From Hydrolagus affinis (lineage: Eukaryota): a stretch of DNA of 64,000 nt. A program made the translations under genes and the position numbers. Location: NCBI GenBank assembly GCA_012026655.1, contig JAAILG010000074.1, positions 1-64,000 of the forward strand, written 5' to 3'. The notes under the pieces are model-generated. The model was given only the letters and a program-made list of their open reading frames with translations, was not told the DNA's origin and did not search any database. Positions 25,085 to 36,855 of the stretch are shown in pieces (within the stretch, counting starts at the first letter, position 1; each line of letters opens with the position of its first letter).

Positions 25085-28000
25085 GCCACAACCCCCACCC
25101 CATTTCACCAGATTTAGCTTTTCACTTGGTTTTAGTTTGCTTCTCACTGTGAAAAACACAGCATAAACTAGGCACACATCAGATGGAAGCTGACTGACTC
25201 ACACTATGACAAACAAGGCCTTACTGACAAACAAGGCCTCAAATATTAACAATGACTTATTTCTGTGTCTCTGTTGACATTTACCCATGACTCTTCTCAC
25301 TGCAACAAGTAAAAGTCCTCAGTCAGTCCATTTACTCTATAACTATAGTTTCATGCTGTTCAGAGTCAAGATATCAGAACCAGCTCAAACAGTAAAGTGG
25401 CAGCTGAAGTAATTTCCAGGATAAAGGATTAGCAAAGTGAACAAAACAAAATCCATTTTTCACAGTTGTATCATCAACCCTGTTAAGCAGTGATTCAAAG
25501 GCTACAGGTTGAAAAACAAGTTTCTACTCACTTTTATATCTTGAACTGCACAAAAAGAATAGCAGCTTCTTTTCTTAGTAACTTCACTAAATACTAAGTC
25601 CAACAAATAACATCTAAAATACAACTAACGGCACAGAACAAAACCCTGAAGAGCATAGTAATTGCTCTCTCTTCAGAAGCACACTAACTCTTCACTTGAT
25701 CAGCTAAAATCTCTCTGCAACATTCCAGCCAATTAGTTATGCAGCTGCTTAATAAGCCAGAACAATTAGTTCAGGAACAGAACACTAGCAATTAACTAGT
25801 CAGAATAGAGTTTTTACCCTTTTAAATTTATACTTGTGTGGCAGCTCTGCACTAGACTTGCTATCATTTACTGGGGTTCAAAATCTTTTCAGCAAACGGT
25901 CATCTGTTTATCTTACAAAAAATACCCTACCATCAAGACTTCTACATTCTTTGAAGGGTACAAACAATCTCAAACTAAATTGCTCCTCCTCCTCCACCAC
26001 TTGGGAAAGAAAAGCAACCAGGATTCCTGTTTCCTGATCACGTTCAATGACTTCTGCTGGAAACTGCTTGCACGTCAACTTGGGCGAGGACAGGATTAAA
26101 CATGGTTTTATCAATACAAAACAGCATTGTGACACCTGCCAACACTCAAATCTCAGTCTATTGAATCAGAATGGGACAGGTTGCATTACTGTAACTGATT
26201 GAAACGATAACATTCATCACCTATACGTATAAAAAGCAATTGGAACAATTAATCCGCATCAAATCTGGCCCATCTGTGAGAGATTGTGATCCGTGTGGCA
26301 GAATCAATGCCACACATAAGAACAAACACCAAATTAGTGCTGTAAAATAAATTACTTTTTTATTAAGATTTAATTTTAGTTATGCCATTACAGATTTATT
26401 GGTTCCTGCATCAGTTGATTCGCTGAGCATATAGCAAATATAGCAAATAAAATTTAGATTTATACATCCAGTCAAACAACCAGGAAGGATCCAAATTCCT
26501 GCCAGATTAACCAGATACAAACAGGATATAGATATCTTGACATTATTCCCTATACTCCCTTTCAAATTTTATAGGTTTGTCTACAACAGAATCTCTCATC
26601 AACAGTTTCTACCCATAACAGCGTATGATTTGTACTGTTGACATCTTGATTGAAATCTAAGTAGAACACGCTTTGCAATCTAGTGTGCCAATCTGCTATT
26701 TTCCAATCTAATCAACGAAATAGACATATCACAGTTTATATGTAATAAATAATCATTCTTGAAAGGTATTGCTTCTCCTCTCCCTCCTACGTGTTAACAT
26801 GTGTTAAGTTTCATCAGTTTGCTTGGCATAAAGAGTCCAATATTTAACATGTTCACAAGTCTACAGTATGCTTCGGAGAATTTTTTAATATGTAATTTGT
26901 ATTGCTTGAGAAATCAGCTACACATTCTCCGCCACAAAGCATTTACAGAATTTATGTTTGTGCATTTCTCTGAAATAAATCAATGATACCTGTAACTGTT
27001 AGTTCTCGCTCCTCTTTAAGTAAGAGGAGAACCCAGTATTCTACACTGTAATAATAGTTGCCAGGCACATTTATTTAAGGAAGTTGCAAGTGAGGAGAAA
27101 GTACAGTGCTTGGAGATCAGGATATCATTTTTTAGGGAGAATATATAGACTTGGAATTAGTCATCTTGTTAAACAGATGAGTGGATATATTGGGAGTATC
27201 CTTGCATGGGGCCACACATTACATCTGATGGTCAAACTATTGTGTCATGATTTTTCATGCCTCTGGCATCTTTCAAAGATGGTTTATTAGCTATGTGCAC
27301 ATGTGTAGAAATTTTTGTTGCCTTAAGAACAATTAATTCATAATTCATCAAATCTGTACAAGACACACAGTCCTTCACAAAAGAAAACAAGGATGAGGAA
27401 CCCAAACCAGAGGCTGTTGTCTTTCCAGACCGGGAAGAAATAACAAAGCAACATTTGAACAAATATCATAAAACAATTGTTCAGTGAGACAGATTCTGGC
27501 AGTATACCCAGATTCATTTTAGTGGAGTTTTTTTTTCCCTTCTTTTTATAGATATGAGCTTTCGGTCTGTCTGTTTTAAATAGGATCCATTTTGTTCTGT
27601 GATGAGAGCACAAAGGTGGACATCACCTTGTGAACAATGGTCACTCCATCAGTCTAAGGTGGAGATGTTGTGGTGAATTTTAGATTTAGCAGAAGAACTC
27701 AGTAACAGTAGAGCAAAGAAATGGTCAGTAACTGTCCAGATGTTTGAGATAGTTAAATGCCCTCCTCAATCAACCTGTTCTAGGTTTTTTACTACTCTCC
27801 AGAGAGAAGCTGTCATGCAGTCACAGATGTTTGGGCTGGCCACGGATGTTCCATCCTCTGGAGATCTGGCTAGTATTATGCATCATGAAAAGCCTGAATC
27901 CTAAGAAACCAAACCATGTGGCACAGCCTCTGGGAATAACATTTTCACTTTATCTGTTGGCAAGCTTACGTATTTTTCCAGTTCATGCAAAATGTATGTG

Positions 28001-28337
28001 ATATTGACCCTTGCAAAAGAGAAGAAAAGCATAACTAGTTGCATTCTCTGCCACCAAGAACTGCAGACCAGATGAAGTTAATTGAGACAAGAGGGGGCAA
28101 AAAAGGACCTACTGAACATAGCTGGAAAGACAAAGTGGGAATATATTTGAGAAGCGCAAATCCATTTACCCAAAGTAGCACTGAAAATTCCCTAGGAAAC
28201 TTGGAAACAAGAGAATGGGTACATTTCTCCCAAAAGAATGAATAATAATTAAAACCAAAGGTAAATAAATTTGCCTGGTTGCAAAATACCAAATGAATAG
28301 CTGATGGGGAAACTTTATCTAGTAACATTGCCTTGCA

Positions 28338-28465
28338 TAAATTGGCTGCTACGTTCGCCTGCAAAATACACAAGTCACATCATTTTACCCAGTGTATGCA
28401 GTGAAGCACTTTGAGATATCATGATGAAGTGATATTTCGCTATATAAAATCTATGGATTGTTATA
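28338..28465 (+). mobile_element. Diverged SINE 3' portion
   Basis: AAATTGGCTGCTACGTTCGCC...GTGAAGCACTTTGAGATATC...CGCTATATAAA. Confidence 0.65.
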
Positions 28466-30113
28466 AATTTTTCTGTTTCTAATGGAACATTTGGAGTGTT
28501 GGGATCTAGTCATTAGTATGCGTCTTCAAGGATAGAAACCTAGATGCTTTTTATAATATGTTTTGTGTTTAACAAGACATGATTGTGTAACAAATTGAGA
28601 TCATGATTAACTTCTAACTATTGCTTTAGTATGTGACAGTATTGCTATCTGAATGCCTTAGAATGCGTTAAAAATACAGATGGGTTAAGAGGGTAATTGG
28701 GTGCTTCCATAAGAAGCTTTTTAAGAATTTGGGATATGTGAGAAAAATAAATTGGTTGTATTATCAATTTAGCTAATACTGTGGCATACAGTGGCCATCT
28801 TTTGTAGATAATTTTGGGTTTTCATCAAAGACATTGAAAGCAGCTCCTGATGCTTCTATAGCCGGGATTGCTGAGCTGAACAAGCAGTAAAATTCTTACC
28901 AATAAGCACTTTGAGATCCTAATCCCTTAGCTTTTGATAAATAGTACCTGTGTTCTCTAGGCTGAGACAAGCAGGCTTTTTCTTCTCCCCTTCCTTTTGG
29001 GGGAGAGATTGCAATAGTTCAGAGTTGGCAAACAGAAACTCAGCAAGGGATTTCTGCACATGTCAACTCCTAGCTGACAAAAACAAAGGAAGGTATGTAA
29101 ACTTGGGTGAAAATAAGTAGGGTAGTCATGTTCCAAGACAGAGAGAATTGGGAAGCAAATCCCAGTCCCAGCTGCAATTGCTGCCAAGGTATTAAAAAGG
29201 TACTGAAGCAGCCGTCAGACACTGAGATGATTAATGCCTTGTTTTTAGTTCTGGAGCGAAGCAATATTGCTTCCAGCAGTAGTGCAATGCAGACGAGGGA
29301 AGACAGATTTATACTTCGCGCTCCTTATTGAATTGGCTCACTATTCTTAAGAAAAACTAGCAGCTGATACCACAGTTTGGCACACTGTAACAAAGTGCAC
29401 AAGCAGAATTCTAATATTGGGTGAGAGGATTTCCATGTTATCAAAAAACTAGTTCCTTAAAATCTCTCAGTGATTCAATACTCACCGTTTGCAAATGGGT
29501 CCAGAAACGATTTGCAACCATGTCATTTGTACTGCAACATATCATCACAACTAGCACGACTTATTTTCAAATTTATTCTCCACTTTTACAGTGATTCATC
29601 ATCCCCAAAAAAACTTTAGTTCTCAACACAAAGCCAATAGTGTTCAACGAAGACCTTACATCCGGATTCAGTTACAATGGCAATTAATAGATTTATTGTT
29701 AAGGGAATAATTGTTTAAAAGGATAATTTGCTTCAACACAAATTGATTTCTCCTGCATTCTAAAATGAACATAAATCTGCAGGTTTAAGCATTAATTTGG
29801 GTGGGGGTTGCTACTTTAAAGGCATGATTCTCAGCCAAGTTTGCAAATGATCTATTTTGGGGTTAACTTCACCAAAATAGTCAACACTTGGCAAAGTGAG
29901 TACAAGTAATTGTTTTGTGATACAGTAAATGATTTTCTTCTTATATGCAATGTGTAAACTTGCAATACACCAAAGCTATTTATTTTCAGACACCAAACGT
30001 TTCATGCATAAGTTGCTCTTGAACACAGACTCCCATGTATTACCCATGTAATTGTGAACACACCAGCATGCATTTCCAGCTTGTTTGGGGAACTGAGGCA
30101 AAGACAAGGGGTG

Positions 30114-30334
30114 AATAGAAATCGCTGGGAACACTCAGCAGCAGGTCAAGCAGCATCAATGGAGAAACGAAAAGTGATTCAACGTATCGGGTCCACAACC
30201 CTGATGAAGGGTTGTGGATCAGAAACATTGACTCACTTTTCCTTTCTCCATAGATGCTGCCTGACCTGCTGAGTGTTCCCAGCGATTTCTGTTTTTGTCT
30301 CAGACTTCCAGCATCTACAGTATTTTGCATTTTT
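30114..30334 (+). mobile_element. Palindromic Penelope-derived element with decayed hammerhead core
   Basis: Arms 30114-30202 and 30208-30293 are near-perfect reverse complements. CTGATGA at 30201-30207 and GAAAC at 30222-30226. Confidence 0.8.
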
Positions 30335-31724
30335 GCAAAGCGTGAATAACCTTGTCAGAGTGATATGCTCTCGTCCATAATCCTGTGCAACATTGAAGTG
30401 TCTGTTGAACAGAAAACAAATGGGCACACAATTATATAGAAATCTTTGCAAATTCTTTTACACACTTGTTTTTTCTGAAATTGCTGATCATCTAAGACAG
30501 GGAACAGAACTGAAGAAAGATCATATTTTCCTAGGAGTCTGTTCCTCACTGTATTATGCTTTATCAGACTGACAAATAAATCAAAGGAAAGTCTGGTTCC
30601 TGGCACAGTAAACAGTCCACGCTCTGTCAGGATTTCACCATGTTCCCATCAGCATAATCTATAATAAATGTAGTTGCCAGTAGCACCGAAGGAGATGGCA
30701 GTGCTTATCTTCTGTAATTCGGGCACATTTCAGTTCCCTATTGGTGCTATTATGTGCCTTCAACTGTCCACTACATCTGAACTAGAGGACAGCTGCTTTC
30801 TTTCAAAATGGCCAGTCATAATATTGGTGTCAATTGAATCGGGAATGCAGTCACAGAAATCCATGCCTTTGTGCTGAAACGGAGGCAAAGAATCGATTCT
30901 TGTCGACTGAACAGAAAGGTTCATCAGGGGATCAATAGATATCTTGATGATCAACCAAAATTTTCTTACCCAAAATTTGGTTCATTCATACTTTTGGACA
31001 ATTTACAATAAGTGGGTAGTGAGATAGACTCCTGCTTCATTTCCATGTTTCTGGATGATGAAAGGTAATGAGATGCACAACCTACAAAGAGTTTTATAAA
31101 ATGCACTTTGGTATTCACAGTTATATTCCGCTATCTCGATTAAAGAAGGCAGTGCTTCAAAATGCACTCAGTTCGGATTATGCTTTTTTCTTGCACAGCA
31201 ATATATATTTAATAATGTTATTCAGTATTCTTCACCCTTCCCTATATAAGGCATAGAGTCTCTCTCTTGCTCGATTAATTTTACCTTTGCACAGCAGCTT
31301 GGTGGAGGTATCCAGGCAGGGTTTTCCTGCACTCTGACATGTGTCTCACATCCTTGCATCCTGACAACATTGACTGTGATTAAGAAATTTGCATACTAGC
31401 AAAAATAAACCACCATCTCAACATTCAGTGACAGAGCTTATTGATGCTCCGAAGCACTGCCCTTCTTTAATGTCTTCTCTCATTGTAGTTTGCAGAAATC
31501 TCCCACCGTTCCATTGTAATGTTCACTGAGACTATAGTTTTTTTTATTTTCATTGGAGATTTTTAAAATACATCTTTTCCAAGGATATATTTTTTCTCTT
31601 GTGTGGGGTCTTGAAAGCAAGATGAGTATAAATTCCTCTGTTCCCAAAGTGTCCCAATCTCTCCATTTGCCTTTGAGAACAACAGTATATTTTCTACCAT
31701 CTAAACTATAAAGAGAAGAAAAAA

Positions 31725-31855
31725 AAACAAATCTTTGCATTTGATATAGCGCCTTATCACGTCTTCAAAACTTTTCAAAGAACTTTGCAGGATTTTACCT
31801 TAAACTGTAGAGACTGCATATTTATAAGTGAACATGGCAGCCAATCTGCACATAG
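31725..31855 (-). mobile_element. SINE 3' portion
   Basis: CTTTGCATTTGATATAGCGCCTTATCACGTC...GGCAGCCAATCTGCACA. Confidence 0.75.
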
Positions 31856-31964
31856 AGCCATGAAGTGAATCAACAATTTTATCAAGAGGATTCTTATAGA
31901 AAGAATGAACATATAAATTTATTTCCAGAATACTGTACTGTATTATCAACAAGAGATTGTTTTG

Positions 31965-32330
31965 TGCCTGGCTCCTGATTTAAAATGTATTTTTAAAATA
32001 GATGCCAAATATTTAGCAAGAGGATGAAAAGATTTTGCCAACATTAAATTAAAGCTGATCAAACAGGGTTTATTCAAGCGATACAGTCCATCAATAATTC
32101 GAAGGGGTGGTTAATATAATATACGTTATCTCGAACTCCAGACAGGATGCCTTTGTGGTGTCCCTTGGCACAGAAAAGGCTTCAGATAGGGTGGAGTGGG
32201 AATTCCTTTTGGAGGGACTCTGAAAAATGAATCTGGAGGCCAATTTTATTAACCAACTGACCTTCCTGTAGAAATCTCCAGTGACTATAGCTTACACCAA
32301 TGGCGTTCATAAGACGGCATTTAAATAACA
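31965..32330 (+). mobile_element. L1/Tx1-clade RT fragment
   Basis: IKADQTGFIQ (32048-32077) and VVSLGTEKASDRVEWEFLL (from 32155) match DQTGF and SLDAEKAFDRVEW. Confidence 0.85.
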
Positions 32331-33394
32331 AAAGGATATCTGTGTGTGTGTGTGTATGTCTTTTCACTTCTCTCAGTTGCTGGTGCCATGTCCCCATGTA
32401 TCTCGTATCAGGATTGATGATGATCACACCCATCTCACTATTTACAGGACGTTCCATGTTACCTGAGGTTACTCGGTCGGATGGACCAGACTGTTCCTCA
32501 GATGTGTCCACTATCAATGATTTTGACATTCTGTCTAGGCAGAAAAGTAACATTTGCATCACAAAGATACACAAACTGCTGCCTTTATTGTTAAATATCA
32601 CAACTGAACATATCCCTTAATTTCCAATGCGTTTTAAGAACAAATTATTTGTGAAATATTTCTCATATATACACTAGTATGATCTGAAATGCTCAGAACC
32701 CTCTGTCACCTACCATGATCTGATGAAGTGTGTAATCACAACTTGCAACTAATATAGCATGTTACACCAAAAATGAATATTTCAAAGTCTTTACTAATTG
32801 CATCTACAACACTACAGTAGCTATACACCTTTAATAATATTGCAAAATATACTAGAGTTTGTTCTCAATTGTTATGCTCCCAGTAAAAGGAAGGAAATGA
32901 CCTCCACCCTTTTTCTTATGCTGTTGGGATTTTCCCTATTGCTCGCTTTTGAACAAAGTGAGTTCTGTCCAAATGCTTTTTGTATTGTTTTAATATTTCG
33001 ACAACCTTTGCTTTGAAGCGCTCCTAACTAACCAGAGATCGGTTGAATTACTGCTTTTCACTTGTTTAAGATCCTGAAATGTACCATACACTACCATGGT
33101 CTTTTCTAATCCATTTCCTGGGATCAATCCACCCATTCGAATGGAATGATTTGTAGAGTATGGAATGGAATGTTAACAGCATCATCTCACTTGCTCCAAA
33201 GTATGGTCGGATATGGTTAGGCTTGTGTTTTCCCACACAGGGAGCTGCCAGTTTGAATCTGAGATTTGGAAAGACGTGCTTGAAGCCTCCTCAGTGAGAG
33301 GAAACTGAAATCTTTTTCAAAATTCCTCACACAGAATACTGCTTGAGAATGAGTTTCTTTGCAATGGTAGCTAATGTTATTTTTCAGAAACAAA

Positions 33395-33623
33395 GGAATC
33401 TCGTTCCATGGAACTCCATCCCGCAGTCCCTCCACCTCGCCCCCTCCCTGGTCTCCTTCAAGTCCCACCTCAAAACTCTCCTCTTCGATGGTTCCATCGG
33501 CAACTGCTAATCCCCCCTTCCCTCCCCACCCCGTCCGCAGCTCGGGTTTGACACAGTGCCTTGGGACGTCGTCCTGACATGAAAGGCACTATACAGAACA
33601 AATGTAATTTTGTTGTTGTTGTT
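33395..33623 (+). mobile_element. L2 LINE 3' end
   Basis: TGGAACTCC..CCTTCAAGTCCCACCTCAAAACTCTCCTCTTCG (WNS..FKSHLKTLLF), then tail and (TTG)n. Confidence 0.88.
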
Positions 33624-34310
33624 AAATGTTTATTTTGGGATCATTTGCATGTTGTGATACCCAGACTATATTAAAAGTTGAACATTAGCTCTCCCGGCAG
33701 CCAAATGGATAGAGGCACTGTCCAAAACAGTACAAACTATGGAATTTGCCACAATACCAAATTTTTATATTTATTGGTATCCGGAGCAAATCTGCCAGAG
33801 AACGTCATTTGTACTGCTCAATTGTCATGGTGGAAAAGAGTTTGGATATCATGATTAAACTTGGTGCATTTTGAAACAAAGGGCATTTGTCCTTTTTTTG
33901 CTCAGATATGTTCTCACATGACACAAATGGATTAAGGTATATGAGAATTATATTGAATTTCATCTCAAGTTTCTGGAGCCATTTAGTGAACTATGATCAT
34001 ATCTATTAATGTCATATCTGTAAATTCGATTTAATCCCCTATTTATTTACCAATAAACTTACAAGCTCCAGTTTCCAGCATTTATATGTGAAAAAAAAGG
34101 CCCACGTAAGTAGAATCACAGAATCCACAGCATAATAATATGGAATTAATTGTGTATTAATCAAATAGTCTGATCTAAAAGCTCCTATGCCATTCTGATA
34201 CTTCAACAAAATATTTTTAAACAACATAATATTTACATTCTATGTGAAATATTTCTAGAGTCTGTGGCTACATTCTATGAAAAAAGCAGGTTTGCTTTGT
34301 TGAAGAAAAA

Positions 34311-34440
34311 GTGCTGATGACTCAATAGCTGCAAATCCAACCGGTTACCTTTCTTCCTAAGACGTGCTTGACCTTATCTTTTTCTGACTTCCTAGCAGGC
34401 GTGATGAGTCATACATCCTGCACGGCGAAAACATCCGCTT
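34311..34440. promoter_or_regulatory. Candidate enhancer (AP-1/ETS/GATA motif cluster)
   Basis: TGACTCA 34318, CTTATC 34373, ACTTCCT 34387, TGAGTCA 34405, ACATCCTG 34413, ACATCCG 34431, with locally retained CpGs. Confidence 0.4.
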
Positions 34441-35325
34441 GAAAATTACTTTGTTCAAGAATATGGAGCGCCCAAGTCTCAACACCAGATACAAAAACTC
34501 ATTAGCATTCCATGTGTGTCAGTTCCTTCGTTGAATGCTCCAAGCTTGTGTGCATGTAACAGTACTTTTGAAATTTGCATGGAAATTTGGGGCATGGTCC
34601 CACCTGGAGTACATATAAAAAGTTGACTGAATCCTTTGAGAATTGGTACAAGTACAGATTATGAATTTAAAATGTCTGTTCCTGTGACCTGTTTGCTGCT
34701 GCTGAATAGTGATGACAGACAGCTGCAGGAGTATTGGGAGCGATTAATTTCTAACTGTAGTTTTGACTCTTTTGTCTTTAAAGGTTATTTGTACAGTTCT
34801 TACAAATTAATTCTTGAGTTCGTTTCTTGAAAGTTTAGTTAGAAAAATATAGTCCCTACTTGTTCACATGGTGCTGTATGGAGATTGGAACTCCATCCAG
34901 CTTTAAATTGTGAGGCCTAATGTAATGGGTGTAGTGCAATTAATCCAATGATATTGAAGTCTAGATTGTCTGAAAGTTGAAGATTGCCGCGTTTCACCAA
35001 CAGCAGAACCTTCATGCTCACCCATGGGTTGTCAGCAGGACCCAAAAGGGCAATGTGAAGCACAGGATTTCCCTTCATGTAGATAGCATTTTATAGTACT
35101 TGAAACACCCTGATGAATCATTGAGCTCTCTTCTTCATACATTTAAAGTTTATTCCCAATATACAGTAAAAAATAAATAAACACAAAACAATTGCCTTGT
35201 TCTGCATATGTCTCCTCATGGAACTTTGGTCAATGCTCAGCCAGCAGATGAAGGAGAACATGAGGTAGGTGTATATTCAGTGTATTCCCGAGTTAGATGA
35301 ATTGCTGATCCTTTGTGTAATGCCT

Positions 35326-35500
35326 ATTATAATAATATTAATAATAATCCTTGCATTTGATAGAGCACCTTATTACATATTCGTAACATCTCAAAGCACT
35401 TTAGAGAATATACTGTAAAGTGAATTTATATTTTGTGGGTAAAATGTGGCAGCCAGTTGCGCACAGCAGTGTCCCACAAACACGTGGATTCAGTGACTAT
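35326..35500 (-). mobile_element. SINE 3' half
   Basis: (TAA)n CCTTGCATTTGATAGAGC...GGCAGCCAGTTGCGCACAGCAGTGTCCCACAAAC. Confidence 0.85.
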
Positions 35501-35589
35501 TCATTTTCTTTAAATCTTTTATCTTTTATAGAGATTATTAGCCCCAGGAAAGCAATCAGATGAACAACTAGCAACTAGGTTCCTACATT

Positions 35590-35724
35590 ACTAAATCCCC
35601 CCCTTTCCCTCCACAATCCCTGTTCCCGACCCCAGCTCAGGTCTGAAACAATGATTGTCCTGCACCTTGGGATGGCCTCCTGACGTGAAAGGCGCTATAC
35701 AAGTGTAATTTTGTTGTTGTTGTT
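35590..35724 (+). mobile_element. L2 3' tail
   Basis: CCCCAGCTCAGGTC...CCTTGGGATGGCCTCCTGACGTGAAAGGCGCTATACAAGTGTAATTTTG(TTG)n. Confidence 0.85.
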
Positions 35725-35845
35725 ACTGCTAGGCAAACAGAGGCACATGGAGTAAGGAAACTTGCCCAACGTTTCAGCCTGCTCTGGAATCAAACCCAGG
35801 TCCTCTCGCTTGTGAGTCGAGTGCTCTAACCACAAAGCTGCAGGA
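35723..35845 (-). mobile_element. SINE 5' head (tRNA-like plus CORE-like segment)
   Basis: TACTGCTAGGCAAACAGAGGCACATGGAGTAAGGAAACTTGCCCAA...GGAATCAAACCCAGG...GTGCTCTAACCAC. Confidence 0.85.
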
Positions 35846-36669
35846 CTTCTATTATGGGAAAATGCTGATAGATCTGATGAGTCGAATGGTATGCTACATT
35901 TCCTCCTGTTTTTCTTGTGCATTTTTTTCCACATCTTTCCATCACTCTGGCAGAAGACAATGTGACTAGAATGAATTTGGCCACAATATCTAGTTTGATG
36001 ATGAATCCCAGAGCTCACCAGCTACTCAGTTAAACTGATAAATCACACGAGTTGCTTGTACATCCCAAGGATGCTTTTGACACATTGGTCCTTTGGAACC
36101 TGATTTCTCGCGCCTTCTAAGAAACACGTTTCCTGTCTAATTAGCATAACTATCTGCCTTTACACAAAGGGAAAGCAATCTTTCCCTCTAAACTTAATTT
36201 TGTCAACACCTGAGAGAGACAAAATGCAAATATTAAATATAAAGTCATATTGCTGGTATGAGGGAATAAACGTTTTGCAAAAAAAACTGACAGATTTGGT
36301 CCAAACTACTTTTCCTTAAGCATATGACATTGGAATTATGTAATTGCTCAATCGAACAACAAAACACCTGTCTTCCCTTCCTCTGAGGTATCTTCAGGGT
36401 CTTTGCTTCAGTGCATTAACCCCTTCCCAAACTTCCAAAAGTATGACAGATAACTGAAAAACCTTGCCGTTGGCAGTCTCCAAGGTTCTCGTTGGTCAAA
36501 TCATGTGCTTTGCAATAATACTAAATGCATTGTAACATTTCATCCAAGTGGGATAATAGGTTAGCATAGGATCTTTAGATGGGTGTAGAGTTTGATATTC
36601 ATATGATATCTGACTGACTTCAGCAAAATGGAGATCTACTAGTTTAAACAAATTAGCACTGTATCAGAC

Positions 36670-36855
36670 TCATATTATGCAGTGCGGTTGTGTGAGTATC
36701 AGCTGAAAACAGGTTCCGACTCGATTATTGACATTGTTAAACAACACACCAATGGTCTCTCGCTGGATTCACAAAAGAATAATAGTCACTTGGTGAAGTA
36801 ACCAGTATCTTTTGAACCATAACGATTCAAGAGTCAGGAGGTTTTCAAGGAGAAT
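36670..36855 (+). mobile_element. Very diverged AmnSINE2-like 3' fragment
   Basis: GTGTGAGTATCAGCTGAAAACAGG...CTGGATTCACAAAAGAATAATAGTCACTTGGTGAAGTA...AGAGTCAG..TTCAAGGAG. Confidence 0.4.

Noticed and set aside
26282-26295. 14-mer GATTGTGATCCGTG shared with 39359
   Set aside because: Several 14-mer matches are expected by chance in 64 kb.
35110-35130. Other CTGATGA occurrences (32721, 35875, 38101, 51132, 52642) as hammerheads
   Set aside because: No helix II plus GAAA arrangement follows them.
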